A stretch of DNA of 52,551 nt, filler included, from Catajapyx aquilonaris (GCA_000934665.2; 3 parts of 3 records of this genome joined end to end with filler, not necessarily neighbours in it), one strand, 5' to 3'. Positions 1 through 12,541 are shown, counted from the whole stretch's first letter. Notes: a model not told the origin generated them from the letters alone. Program-made: numbers and translations.

Positions 1-1170
1 CTTAACACTCAGTACGGAACCCACTGCACCGTTAACCAATCCAAGAGTAACATCAATGTTTCTTCTTAACATAATCTTTGTGCCAAGTTTAATAGTAGTG
101 GTTTTTTTCAAAACTAGCCGTATTAGAACAATCCTTTTCGTACTTTTTGAGAAGCTTATTGACTCGAGTTCGCATAGTTCTGGGACAGTCCAACGAGTCC
201 TCAGCTTCCAGTATGATATCAGGAGAGTCTGAGGAGAGTTTATAGCTTCAAGCATGGCTTTATTTAAGACTTAGCACATGTGGTTGGTTGGCAGCAAACA
301 AATGGTATCTTGTGGCAGGCTGGATAATTGCCTCGTAAGTTGATCTAGTCTGCCAGTAGGATCAGTCGACAGGATATTCACGAGTCTCGCAGTAAGTGCC
401 TGGATATCGTTATGGGAAATGATTCCCAAGCGTACCCGATGAAGCAATTATTGCACAAATTCACTGTTATTTTGCTGTATCATATTTATTGTCAGTTCAT
501 CAAAACTAAAAAGTTCTCTCCACATATTGACTGAACTTAACGAGCCAACGTATTTTTCAGCTTTCTTAGTGGAAAGACTCTCAAAAGGTGGTGCCTCATG
601 TACTAGTTGAAGCTGGAGTAAGTCTCCGAACAACAAGACGTGTTTTCCTCCGAACCAGCCGTCCTCGCCGTCTGAGGTTCCATAAATTTCTGACAAACGT
701 AAATGTATGTACAATAGGGTCAGGTTGGACACCATGGATATCTCGTCGATGATGAATAGTATTACGTTGTTTAGCTCAGCTCTAACGAGCTGCAGAACTT
801 CATCTGACAGAGGTCTGTACTTTGGAGTCTTGCCATGTTCTACGGGCAACTGCAGGTGTCGGTGAATGGTGAGGCCATTAACATTGAATGCGGCGATGCC
901 AGTCGGGGCGATGACGGCGACCGTCTTCTTCAACTTCTGTTTCACCCAGGCTTTAATGGTATGAATCAGATGACTTTTTCCTGTTCCTCCAGTTCCGCTG
1001 CAAAACATTCGCATCACTGTTTTGTCACTTTTTGTCATAATATGTTGAACATACTCGAACACTCTCTTCTGATCACAGTTCAACTTGTCAATTATCTGTT
1101 GTATGTCTTCCTCGACATCACCTAGTTGATCGACTTGATGTAGATCTTCCGTGGCATTGGCAGCCTCCAC
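1..1170 (-). pseudogene. Pif1-like SF1B helicase domain of RepHel (disrupted)
   Basis: ORF 448-1170 has GTGGTGKS, APTGIAA..NGLTIH, IIDEISMV and FGG..VLLFGDLLQL. Translation continues past the stop with LLHRVRLG, LLPTN and KIMLRRNIDVTLGLVNG near position 30-80. Confidence 0.92.
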
Positions 1171-1806
1171 GGGACCGAACTCTAAGGGATTATCAGGACA
1201 GTCACCATCCTCTTGTTGGGGATGTCTCCATCTGAGCTATCTTCGCTTCGATAATTATTTCGAAAGCACTTTCAATGTTTGTCTTAAACTGACACTGAAG
1301 GTCGCTATACCTTAAGCCTTCCTCTATATAGGTCATGTTTCGAAATATTGAAAGCTTCAGTATAGGAAGAGAAGTTAGCAATAAGTTCACTTTGTTTTTG
1401 CCAAGGTTTGAAAAGAAGTATGGAAAAGAAATACTTCTCTGAAAACTGATTAACATCATATCTGTAGTGGTTGATTAAATATGGGTGAAGTATTTTTTTT
1501 TCAGAAATCGTGATCCACTTATTTTGTAAAATTCAGTTTCAGACGACACCGGTTTCTGCTTCACTATATCAAACCACCTTAATATGAAATTGTCCAAGTT
1601 CATGTTTTCCAGCTGTGGTGGCCTGTTAGAGTAATGGTCATTAACCCACGACTGATAGAAAATATTGGTTGACTCGGGATCCAAATGACAGACTTCATTC
1701 CTGAACTTGACTCGACGATTGCGATGCATGTTCACGTCTACTCAGCGAATAGTCGTGTTAGGGTCTGTACCGTAAAGAGCATTGCCCAGAAGAGTGTCAC
1801 TGGCCT

Positions 1807-2660
1807 CTATGCACCGCACTCTCTGTGGCTCAATGCACGAAGTCCCACATTGTACAGACGACTACAGAAATATTTGGTTGAGTTTATGTCGGAGTATGTT
1901 TCAGCGACATGACTCTTTTCGCTCTTGGTTGTGTATTTTGTAATGTAATAATTCAGCACGGAGCTTTTCTCGCCCACATACTGCAGGTCCACGTTACCAT
2001 TCCATGCCAACAGTACTGCAGGGTTGTAGTCATTAATAAAGGCTTCCTCTTTGGATCTTCTTATGTTGTACAATCTGCTGTTCGATGACAGTGTTTTCCT
2101 AGCAGCTATGGACTTTGATGAAACCTTGAGCTGTTTTTTTGTTACGCAAACAGTAGCTGTTGTGTCGGTGAGTCTGACATTTCTTGACTCGTTCGTGTAA
2201 AGTTGGACATGATTTTTTTTGGGAATGTCACAGGTGACGTATTTAGATATGAAATTTGCGACATCTTCAGTTGAGGATGTTCCCAGAACAGGAGCGCCTT
2301 TGACCCACGACATGAGATGAAAGTGTTGTGCTCCTCGTGACTGGTACTCTCGTTTCCAAAAGTAATGTTCCACTAGTCCTAATGGCTCGTCTTTCGGCAT
2401 TATGAAGTCCAGCATACCCTTGAAGTAGTTATCAATAAAATAATCTGGATGCGGAAACTGGATCTAGAGATACTAACTCACTGATGGACTTCTTGTTGAA
2501 ATGTGGACTGTTTATGTGACGAATGTAGTTTCCGAGATCTTCCCAAGACCACTCGCTAGGACTGATTGTTAGAAACCATGTGGCGGGGCCGTAATTCAGC
2601 GTCATGCAGTTGGCATCATTTCTAGGTTTTGACCAATATTGTTCCGTGTTTCGTAATCTT
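1807..2660 (-). pseudogene. HUH Rep domain of RepHel (disrupted)
   Basis: Motif 1 YGPATWFLTISP (~2560-2595), motif 2 YFWKREYQSRGAQHFH and motif 3 YITKYTTK; also INDYNP..L.AW..NVDLQY. The FW.RE.Q.RG pattern is more Helentron/Helitron2-like than canonical Helitron. Confidence 0.9.
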
Positions 2661-4991
2661 GAGAAGACAGCTGTTAAGTCGCCTTCTAACTCGTCATTTT
2701 AGCATCTCCATGTACCGAGCAGCAGTAAGCATTTCTTTTTGGTTTATGACGTTCAGCTTATAAAATATACCAGCACTAAGTTGGCGCATGTTAGCATCGT
2801 TCAATAAATATAATAAATATTGTGGTTTAGACGAAATTCAGAGTGGGTAGGCACAAGTTTCGTCTTGATAAACTCTGAAGAAGTTAACCTCAACCCGTGC
2901 TGAAACTGACCGTATTTTCCCGAGGGAAATAAATCGGGAAAACATTTCACATCAATTTCTTTGTCCCGTGAATCGATTGGCTCGGCGTTCACCTTGACCA
3001 TCTGGTAGAGTGCTGAAGCTGTCTTATTTTCCTTTTTCTCGTGCAGAGGATAGATGGTGTACTGTTCATAACTATCCTTCACGTCTAAAGTCACCTGAGT
3101 TAAAAGAGCAGGTTTCGTGTTCTAATGGGGGTTGAGGTTTCCGTTCCCGTAAGAGCAGAATGGATCTTATTGATGTCGACTAAATTCTCCCAGATGACTC
3201 ACGTAACAGAATGTACAGTTCTGGGTTGTGAATGAGTGCTTGCCGGGATTGTGGTATTTTTGTCAGAGTCTATCGTAGTGGTAAAGGCAGGTGGAAAGTC
3301 TGGCTGACAACTTTTTTTATTTGCTGTTTGTTGGGCATGTTTTTATTTCCAACTGGTACCTATCATCGATGTGACTACCTGGAAAGCCTTTGCCCTCTGT
3401 ATTAGAATATTTTCATATTCGTTTAACTGTTTTATTTCATTGGGGCGGTCCTAAACGAGTAGGTCATTCATAAAGCAAGTAGCGGGCATCGAATTTGAAC
3501 TGAATTTTTCCAAGTAGAAGTGGCAAATGTAACTGATAAGTTAAGTCCAGTTTATTTAGCAGTAAAAAGTTCTTGTATATTTCAACCAACTGTCAGAAGT
3601 CAGTTGTTCACGAAGTTTACAGAACTGGCTTACATCTCGCTTGAAGCACAATAATTTTTGGCACGAAGTGCAAACATTTACTGGGACATCCATAGTTCGT
3701 TTCTTGAGGGTTATAAATGCATTCTTAAATTCCTCAATTAATGAATCTTCAGTGATGTCTTCACTTGCATTCTGATAGATGACGTTGCCAGTCCGACATT
3801 TGTCTGCTACATTTTGTAAAATGGTAATATTGGTGTTTTTAAGGGCAGCGTCTATGGTATCTAGACTGTTGCAAAGTCCGATGACCAAGTACAATTTCCT
3901 GATAAGTGTCCTCAAAGATGGAAAATGAGGCTTTATAGTTTATACTGTTTAGAAATTGTAAGTCGCTATTTACGAAGCGCTGACACTAACCTTGTTCCTG
4001 CAGTAAGTGTAGAAATAATGTATTGGGCGTCCAATAATAAATTCTAATAGGTCTCCCAATTGCTGTAGAATATTTTCATCAAGACGTCAGAGCTGAGAAC
4101 AGGTCCAGGCCGGCTGCTCGGAATTTCTAACGTTCACAGACTTTGCAAATATGACCGCCTCCCCCGCGAGGTTTATAGGAATTGGCATTAACAGATCATA
4201 AACACGATAATATGCTTGTTCATAGAAGTATGCCTCTTGGCTTGGTAGGTGTAATGTTTCTCCAAGAATGACAAAGAGCTTGTCACGGGCACTTGCTTCA
4301 GGGTCACACGCTTTAATTTTTGTCAAGGAAACACACTGGCTTGAATGTTAGTCAGTTTGTAATGAATTTTTTTCAAAATATTTCCTCTACTGACCATAAC
4401 CCACTTGAAAATGGATGTTGCAATCAATTTGTTTTGGCTGATTGATCCTTTTGTAAGCTTAGCCATAATTTTTAAATAGTATTTTCTTCATTGCCTAAGT
4501 ACTTGAGGCTATTACATCCATTTCTTCTTTATTTTCTTCAACCCTTTAGCAACACTTGATAGTTAATGTCGGGAGCGTCTACTTCTTTCCGAATGATTTA
4601 AATAGATAGGTAAACAAACTATTCGAAAACAGCTGGATTTTCTTCGATCTCAAGTTCTTCCCTTTCGCTATCTCTTGTTTCCCAATTTGTGCCTTTGGAA
4701 CAGTTGACACCTGGTGTGGTATGGTCTGGTGCTTATAATCATCCTCGAATCTTCACACCATGATGACTGTTTGGACCATGGGGTGAGATCTTTTATTTGG
4801 CTTTTCATGATCTATCACAGTTTCTGTAAATTGGGTGTTGTCAAGGAGTAATATTGTTGGCTGTTGGATTCTCAACAATTGCCCCTTTTTGGCTCCCCTG
4901 GAGGGATTTGCCCTTACTTCCTTTTCGAACTCCAAGGAGAACTGTGACTTGTCAGTTTTGTATACACTGGAGATGAATTCAATTGTTCATA

Positions 4992-6552
4992 TCCGGACAT
5001 TCTGATGGGACGATCAAAAAGGAGAAAGAAGGAGGAGACGAAGGAGGCCATGAAGATCCTAGGCCTCCACTTGAATTCTCATTTGTCATGACTTCCACAC
5101 GTTAAATACGCCGTTGCCAAGGTGAGAAATATCTCCATGGGCCTTTGGAGAGTGGCTGGCTATCGATGGGGTTTATCTCCAAATTGTAGACGTATCATCG
5201 TCACAGGTGCAATCCTCCCCATGCTGCTTTTTGGTGCGGAGACCTGGGGTTGCCGTGCTCAGGATCGTCGGATCCGTTCTTGTCTTCAGACTGCCTTGAG
5301 ACCTTTTCTTCTCGCCGTCACCAGGACGTACCGGACCACCCCCAATCGGCTTTTATATGTGCTGTGTGGACTACTTCCCCCGGAACTGCAGGCTCGCGCC
5401 TCTTGGAAGACACGTTGTGGATTTTTCGCCCAAGTTGAACGGGGGATTTCTCAGCCTTTAGTATTACATAGAGATCTTGCCCCTCCGTGGGAATGGTGCC
5501 ATCCATTACACATCTGGTCAGGAATACCTCCTGGGGTTGACCTTCTGATTTTTACCGACGGTTCGGTTATGAACGGGAGAGCCGGTGGGGCTATCGTTTG
5601 TCTGGCAGCAGTTGATGAGACGATTGTGAAGCAAGTTTCCATCCCTTTCACTCCTTCAACGGGCATCTTTGCTGTCGAGCTTGATATGTTAGCTCGTGCC
5701 ATCCAAATGGCTGAAGAGTTGGATCCTTCACGTACCATTGAGATCTGGATCTTCTCGGATTCTTTGTCTTCCCTCCAAACCATAATCAACCCTCGCACTG
5801 CTGATCCCACTGCAGTTCGTGCACGGACTCTCTTACGAGTTGGGGGGAACAGACCGAACAACATTCATCTGGGATGGGTCAAAGCTCACGTAGGAGTTCA
5901 TGGTAACGAATTGGCTGACCAAGAGGCCAAACGAGCGACAACTCTTCGGGGAGAACAATGTTTTTTGCCGGAACCACGTTCGGAGATGCGACGTCGCTGC
6001 TGGGCTGCTGCGAAGGAGGACTGGCAGAGGTCTTGGGAGGCTGCCCGGGGGAAATGGTACTTTGGTTTCCTTCCAAATGTCTCCCTGGATCGTCATGTGC
6101 ATGGACATGTGGCAAGGTTGGTCTTTGGACATGGGACTTTTCGGGCCTACCTAACCAGATTTGGCCTGCTGATGGATGGTGGAAGTGACCGGTGTCCTTG
6201 TGGTACCAGGTCCAGGATGCTGCCCATATTCTATGGCAATGCCGTCTTCCTGAGATGCTGGCCGCCCGTAGGTGTCTCCGTCCAGCAGTGGTCACAAGAG
6301 GATTTGGTTGGCCCTGCACTTTGAAAACTTTGGTGCAAGAGATGTGGGATGCTTTCAACATCTTCTGTCTACATGTCATCTCGGTCTTGGCTGAGATGAA
6401 CAGCTAACTGGAGAAGATTTTGTAATATTGTATCTTATTTGTAATATTGTATTTTGTTTGATTTTGTACCTTGCTTGTATCTTGGTTAATAAATAGGGTA
6501 CGAGAGGCTGTAGAGCCGCACTGGCTGGTCAGCCCTTTACACCCCTTTAAAG
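4992..6552 (+). mobile_element. 5'-truncated non-LTR retrotransposon (RT thumb, RNase H, CCHC knuckle; R1/I-group-like)
   Basis: MKILGLHLNSHLS*LPHV at ~5050-5103 (RT C-terminus with a W-to-stop change), LLFGAETW, RNase H motifs IFTDGS, IFSDSLSSL and WVKAHVGVHGNELADQEAK, then GHG.F..YL.RF..CPCG and, after a frameshift, HILWQC. T-rich 3' UTR. Confidence 0.92.
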
Positions 6553-7193
6553 TACCTTCTTGATGCTTCCAGTTTGGATTCAGGATTATGTTTTTGATAT
6601 CGACGTGAAGCTTCCCTTAATTGTTCAGGGTGTCCGGCATGATAACGAGTTATTGTTTTCCTCGCCCTCTCCGGATGACGTGCATTATAACGAGTTATTG
6701 CTTCCCTCACCTTCTCCGGATGATGTGCATGATAACGACGAATTTGTTCACAAATTTTATCAGGGTGACTAGAATGGTAGCGAGTTTTTGTTTCCCGCAT
6801 CTTGTCCGGGTGAGTTAGTTTGTATCGTTCATTGCACTGTCGTACATTTTCGGGATGACTTGACCTGTACTCATGACTGGTCTGTCGAAGCTGATCACTG
6901 TGTGACTCCCTATATCGTTTCATACCATCACGGTGGGCCTCAGGGTACTCATCTGAAAGTCGGGCGGCTGCCTCCTTCCGTTGCTCCCTTCTGTCCTTAC
7001 CTGAGGTTTTTGATCTCCCATGGTTTGTCCTCTTAGGACCTCCACGGGGCTTGCCACTAGCAGGATCTGTTGTCTGTTGTTGTGCCGCCTCCGTAAGTGG
7101 AATGGACATGGCTAAGATCTGGTCTTCACTCTTCCTATCTTCATGTTGTTCACCAATGCGTGTATCCGTCCTCATCATTGATCTTAAGAACAC
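6553..7193 (-). pseudogene. N-terminal basic repeat segment of the Helitron ORF (~14-aa repeats, RE...RY...HPE)
   Basis: ORF 6537-7193 has 42-bp periodic repeats. Removing the LINE joins ...ASRRY in frame to EQLNSSPVY...LEFEKEVRANP at 4990-4753. Confidence 0.6.
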
Positions 7194-7492
7194 AGACAGT
7201 GGTATATAGGACTTACATACTCCCGTAATGTTATATTACAGTACCGTAATACTTACATTGGCTGAAGTAATCATCATCAGTGGTGCTGGGTGGACAGCAT
7301 CAGCCGCTGTTTTAGCAACATGTACTCTTGCTGGCACCTAAATAACGCAGTTGAAAATTTATTCTGTTGGTGGATAAAGAGCCTTTTAGTATACTAATGC
7401 AAAGGATCTTTTGCAATATTTTAATTTATGAAACAACTTACCAATGCTTCGTAATGAGCCTTGGTAATCCATCTCAAACAACAAAATAATAA

Positions 7493-7790
7493 TGGGATGG
7501 TTCAAAAGGCGGTCCAAAAGGTCCAGAAGTACCAAATGGTCCAGAAGCCTCAAAAGATCAACAAGTTCCAAAAGATCCAAAAGTTCCACAAGGTCTAGAA
7601 GTTCCAAAAGGTACCAAAGTTCCAAAGGAAGGTTCAAACGTTCCCAAAGTACCAAACGTTCCACAAGTACCGAACGATCCAAAAGTTCCACAAGGTCCAG
7701 AAGTTCCAAAAGGTACCAAAGTTCCAAAGGAAGGTTCAAACGTTCCAAAAGTACCGACCGATCCAAAAGCAGAGGCAAACCCAGAAAGCA
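7493..7790. repeat. 9-bp-unit tandem repeat (GTTCCAAAA-like) with a 102-bp higher-order duplication
   Basis: GATCCAAAAGTTCCACAAGGTC.. recurs at 7574 and 7676. Several frames are open on both strands. Confidence 0.85.
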
Positions 7791-9559
7791 CTCTCCAACA
7801 CCTGCCCCTGCCTCCCACTACTTGATGGAATGGCTTTTTAGAGTACAAGTAATCTGGAATGATTTTTAAAAATGCACCCTGATCAATTTTCTCTCTCCAT
7901 ATGACTACGAAAGTAAACAGCAGTAGTACCTACAGAGGATTGTGATTTTTTAATCAACAATGGCTTAGTTACATTGCTTTTTCCTTCTTCTTTCATAAGT
8001 AAGGTGTGAAATAACTGAGTAACCGAACATCATATAGGGAATGTTTGGCCTAATTAAAATTTGTGTATTTTCTTGCTGGCGGGTTATGTTGATTGTGTAA
8101 ATGTCTCGGCTCATGAAGCATGTAGGCTACCTTAAATGTATGAATTAATATAACAGCGTCAGATTCATCCATTACAAACTGTAATTGCCGATAACGCAGA
8201 GGTGTTATAAATTACGACAATGACAACCCATAAAACCGCTGAGTAAGGTTCGGTTCACAACTCTGGGATCTACAGCTGATGGACTTATTGTAATTGTATT
8301 GTTGTTCATTGTTATTGTTATTGTGGATTTTTCAATCAACAATGGCTTAGTTACAATGCATTTTTTTGTCTTTCTAATAACTGTAATGAAGTTGTCGGGT
8401 GCCTAATTTTTATTTATGTGTTTGTTCCCCTTGTTTTGAGATTTCCATAATAGCCCAGGAGTTTTAGACAAAAATGAGGCCTAACCCGGACAAAAATAAT
8501 GGAAAGCTGAAAATTTGCACACAGGCTCTGTTTGCCATGCTGAACAACATATCAAAAGTCCCCGACTCTCCCCTGTCCGCGTCATGTTTTTTTTTTTTTT
8601 TTTGGCTCAAGAAGTACATAAGTGACACTCGCTTTGGAATTGGCTATAAAATCGAAACTACTCGTCCGATATTTCTCGGATTCCTCTTAAAATGCTTACA
8701 ATTGGATGTGCAACGTGACTACCAGGTCATCATATCACCTACAGGTCAAGGTCACCGTGAAAACGCCCGCCAAGTTTGAATTTTCTCCTTGCACTCTCGA
8801 AAACATGAAAATAATCAGTTCCGCACAGCAGACTCGACAAAATGTGTAGGACGGAAAAGGTTTCCTCGCATTCTCACCTTTACAACGATGTCACTGGCAT
8901 GTTTGTGTGATCATCTGTTAAAAAACTGTCAAAATATTTCATAGCGCTCTTAGCGCGGTGCCATCGTGCTAGTCGGAGCGGTACTACACTTGGAAAAACG
9001 GTATAAAATGCTGCAAATTCTTATAGAAAGCAAGCCACCTTGCACATACGTTCCATAGACTAAGGCGATCAATTTGATCCGAAGCACCCTGACCCTTGAC
9101 CTCGTAGGGTCAAAATGGCGACCATTTTGGAAAAAATGTCAGATATTTTTTGAAAATTCCAAATTGCCTCTCCATGGCAATGTTGGTGTCATTTCCGCAT
9201 AATTCGAGGTCGCTAATACGATTGGTAACATGCAGGAGGTCATAAGGTCACTAGTGTGTGACCTATGTTGCTTTCAGGTTCCCAGGGATTCGTTTGTTAG
9301 GTCCTCGGGTCAGTCGCCTGCTGACTGAATTTCAGGGTACCCACAGCGAAAAGAGTCAGGGAACACGTCGTCATGAACAGTACCACTTTTGTTTACCAGT
9401 TCCATACAATACCCACAGTTTCCGCTTAAATCAAGAACGTTGAGTCTATGATTATTTTTTAAAATGAAACCTCCAACACCAGCACATCAGTATTGGAGCA
9501 TCGAATAACAGCACTCTTAGCTCCATTCTGCACTGCATCCTTCAAATTCAGTATTATGT

Positions 9560-9897
9560 ATTTATTTTATTTATTTAGTTACCCCGTTTCACGGCGGGGC
9601 CCTTTTGGGGGGACACTTCTATCGTTATAATACATTGCATCGGAAATTACAATACATACAATTCGGTCACTCATGATACATGTATACTGGAAGATTCAGG
9701 GGAAATACCCTCAAAAGTAAATTCGCTTTCCAACATTATCAAAGAAATTGAATGGGCGATATAACACCTCTTTTGGCAAGTATTCAAAAAGTAGGTGGGT
9801 CTTATCAGGCTGGTAGACACTCAGGTCCGACACAAAGTTTACCCTGGGCGTATTTAAAAAGGGACAACTGTACAAAATGTGATGCAATGACAAGGCT
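9560..9897 (-). mobile_element. 3' fragment of a second LINE nested in the Academ element
   Basis: HHILYSCPFLNTPR (end of ORF2 CCHC knuckle), stop at 9711, short 3' UTR with hairpin CCCCGCCGTGAAACGGGG and a (TAAA)n tail at ~9560-9580. Confidence 0.65.
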
Positions 9898-10299
9898 GTT
9901 ATGATCCCTGCCGAACGTAGGAGGATAGGGAAATGGAGAGCAAAGGAAAAGTACGGGGTCCCATGCTCGTGGTGCAACTCACCTGATGCCTTTGTTATTT
10001 CCCTGTCCTTCTACGTTCGGCAGGGATCATAACGAAGGCTTCAGGTGAGTTGCACAACGAGAATGGGACCTCCCTCTCGTAGGTAATTTTTGGCCACATA
10101 TGTATAAGGAAGTGGATTGATTTCTGATATTGTCGCCTTCATATGCAGTATAATTGAGTGATCCGACTGTGATATAAAAAAACTGCCAAGACCACTCGGA
10201 AAAACAGGTCGTAAAATGAGCAAAAATTGATGATTAGGTACTTCACTCTCACTCGTACAATCTTGAAACTTTTTACGTCCATAATATGTTTCCGGAGTT

Positions 10300-11150
10300 C
10301 AGCTACAAACACAGTCTTGTGCAATTAAGACCACATGACATTAAAATTCGTAATTGCTGACTTGCTGTACGTATTTGTGTTACACGCCCTAACAGTGGAC
10401 TTGGTCGTTTTTGATCTCAGACCCCCCAATTTTTCCATCAGCTATACTTCCATCTCGACAGACGAAGCATAGAGAAGAGAGACTTCTTTCCTTGATGAAT
10501 GAAACACGCCTCCCACATTATTTGTAACAATATTCAGCACGTAAGACTTGATTTGGGCACTGTACTGCTCGAAAGATTTGACATTTGAGTTCGGGCTTTG
10601 GCTTCACCATGTGGACCAAAGCAGAACCATCGTATCCCACTGCATCACATCTCTCTGGCTGTCGTTGGGATAACAGTCATAATACACAGTCAAAAGCTCT
10701 CCAAAATGAGTTCGGTACTAGAGGAGTCTTCGATTCTCGATGGAGATCTCCACATGTGGAAAAATATGATTCTCGTGTTTAAAAAAATAATCCCAATCCA
10801 GCTGTCAATGTGGGCTGACAATGAAGAGGCGCCAGAATAATATTGCAAGAGTACTTTCAGCTGCTTGCTTTGTGTCTTTTGAACAAACCTCTTCTTCATA
10901 GAGAAGATTTTGACATTCTATTTACTGATTGGCGAATACAATCATTATTTTAGAATTTCTTTTACAAGTCTCTCTTCAACAAATTCGTGAAAATAATCCA
11001 TGCCGATCATCTACCTTGTTCCAAGCAGCGTCACCCTCTTCACCCTCTACAACGCGGGTATCTAGTGAAATAAGTTCTGAGCCCCTTATCCTGAAAGGAT
11101 TTTTTGCTGAAGTAAAACTTCTCGAGGAAGGATCTTGGGAAAGAATGGTA
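10300..11150 (-). pseudogene. Remnant of Academ C-terminal region (XPG/PIN-like domain and Cys-rich finger)
   Basis: Frameshifted minus-strand blocks: EERLVK..LYSPISK, LFWRLFIV..LDWDYFFKHEN, DAVGYDGSALVHMVKP..FEQY and CGLNCTRLC. These match my recollection of the AcademX C-terminus; no alignment was run. Confidence 0.7.
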
Positions 11151-12541
11151 CTATACTGTTCATGATGACGAGTTCCCTGACTCTTTTCGCCGTGGGTACC
11201 TTGAAATTCAGTCAGAAGGCGACTGACCCCAGGACCCAACAAACGAACCCTGGGAACCTGAAAGCGACCGCAAGGTATATGCAGTAAGGACACCAGAAAT
11301 CACGTGTACTACTCGCTTACGGGTGCATAATTATCCCCATATCACCTGAGGGCTTCAGTTGAAATCAAATATGGCGCCTCTCTGGTCTCAGAGTGGACGA
11401 TTCGAGATTTTTAGTGTCATTGTCGGTTTCAGTGACAGCAAATTATACCTAAAATTCACATGCCACCCTTTAGGCGAAAATATCATTAGACATAGCCCAG
11501 TATGCTAATTTCAAAATGGCGATCATAGGTCACAAACTGGTGACCTTATGACCTTCTGCATGTTACCAATCGTATTAGTGACCTCGAATTATGCGGAAAT
11601 GACACCAACATTGCCATGGAGAGGCAATTTGGAATTTTCAAAAAATATTTGAAATCTTTTCCAATATGGTCGCCATTTTGACCCTACAAGGTCAAGGGTC
11701 AGGGTGCTTCGGATCAAATTGATCGCCTTAGTCTATGGAACGTATGTGCAAGGTGGCTTGCTTTCTATAAGAATTTGCAGCATTTTATACCGTTTTTCCA
11801 AGTGTAGTACCGCTCCGACTAGCACGATGGCACCGCGCTAAGAGCGCTAAGAAATATTTTGACAGTTTTTTAACAGATGATCACACAAGCATGCCAGTGA
11901 CATCGTTGTAAAGGTGAGAATGCGAGGAAACCTTTTCCATCCTACACATTTTGTCGAGTCTGCTGTGCGGAACTGATTATTTTCATGTTTTCAAAAGGGC
12001 AAGGAGAAAATTCAAACTTGGCGGGCGTTTTCACGGTGACCTTGACCTGCAGGTGATATGATGACCTGATAGTCACGTTGTACATCCAATTGTAAACATT
12101 TTAAGAGGGATCCGAGAAATATCGGACGAGTAGTTTCGATTTTATCGCCAATTCCAAAGCGAGTGTCACTTATGCACTTCTTGACCCAAAAAAACATGAC
12201 GCGGACAGGGGAGAGTCGGGGACTTTTGATATGTTGTTCAGCATGGCAAACAGAGCCTGTGTGCAAATTTTCAGCTTTACATTATTTATGTCCGGGTAAA
12301 AACCTAAAACTCCTGGGCTATAAGTTTCCATTTTGTCTCTCCTGATCAATAATGGCTGTTTAAAGTTATTAAAAAGCTGCCACCTTGAATCAAGATGGTC
12401 GATTCCAAATGTTGATATATTAATTAAGTAGTAGGCCTACCCCTTGTTTTGAGGATTTCTGATCAGTTTCCATTATGTCTCTGCGATCAATAATAGCTGA
12501 TTTACGAATTTTATAAGCATTGAAATGCCCTCCATCTAGAA

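Larger units (their letters stand above)
1..7193 (-). mobile_element. Decayed Helitron-family (Helentron/Helitron2-like) rolling-circle transposon, RepHel region; runs off the left contig end and is interrupted by a LINE at ~4992-6552
   Basis: Minus-strand fragments lie in canonical order: repeat-rich N-terminus (7193-6553), QRAKAFQVV and KCFPDLFPSG blocks (~3400-2900), Rep motifs (2660-1807), then Pif1 helicase motifs (1170-1). Many frameshifts and stops. Confidence 0.9.
8451..12320 (-). mobile_element. Academ-superfamily (AcademX-like) DNA transposon, internally deleted and non-autonomous
   Basis: Termini are TAGCCCAGGAGTTTTAG and CTAAAACTCCTGGGCTA, with TAA on both flanks (8448-8450, 12321-12323). 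TIRs span 8451-~9383 and ~11153-12320. Internal minus-strand remnants resemble the XPG-like and Cys-rich domains. Confidence 0.8.

Noticed and set aside
7492..7869. Protamine-like or SR-rich ORF (RSKRSRS...)
   Set aside because: It arises from a 9-bp tandem repeat that leaves most frames open; nothing singles out this frame.
8474..12266. Duplicated ORFs 8474-8779 and 12012-12266 as a gene pair
   Set aside because: They are mirror translations of the Academ TIRs, with different starts and no recognisable domain.
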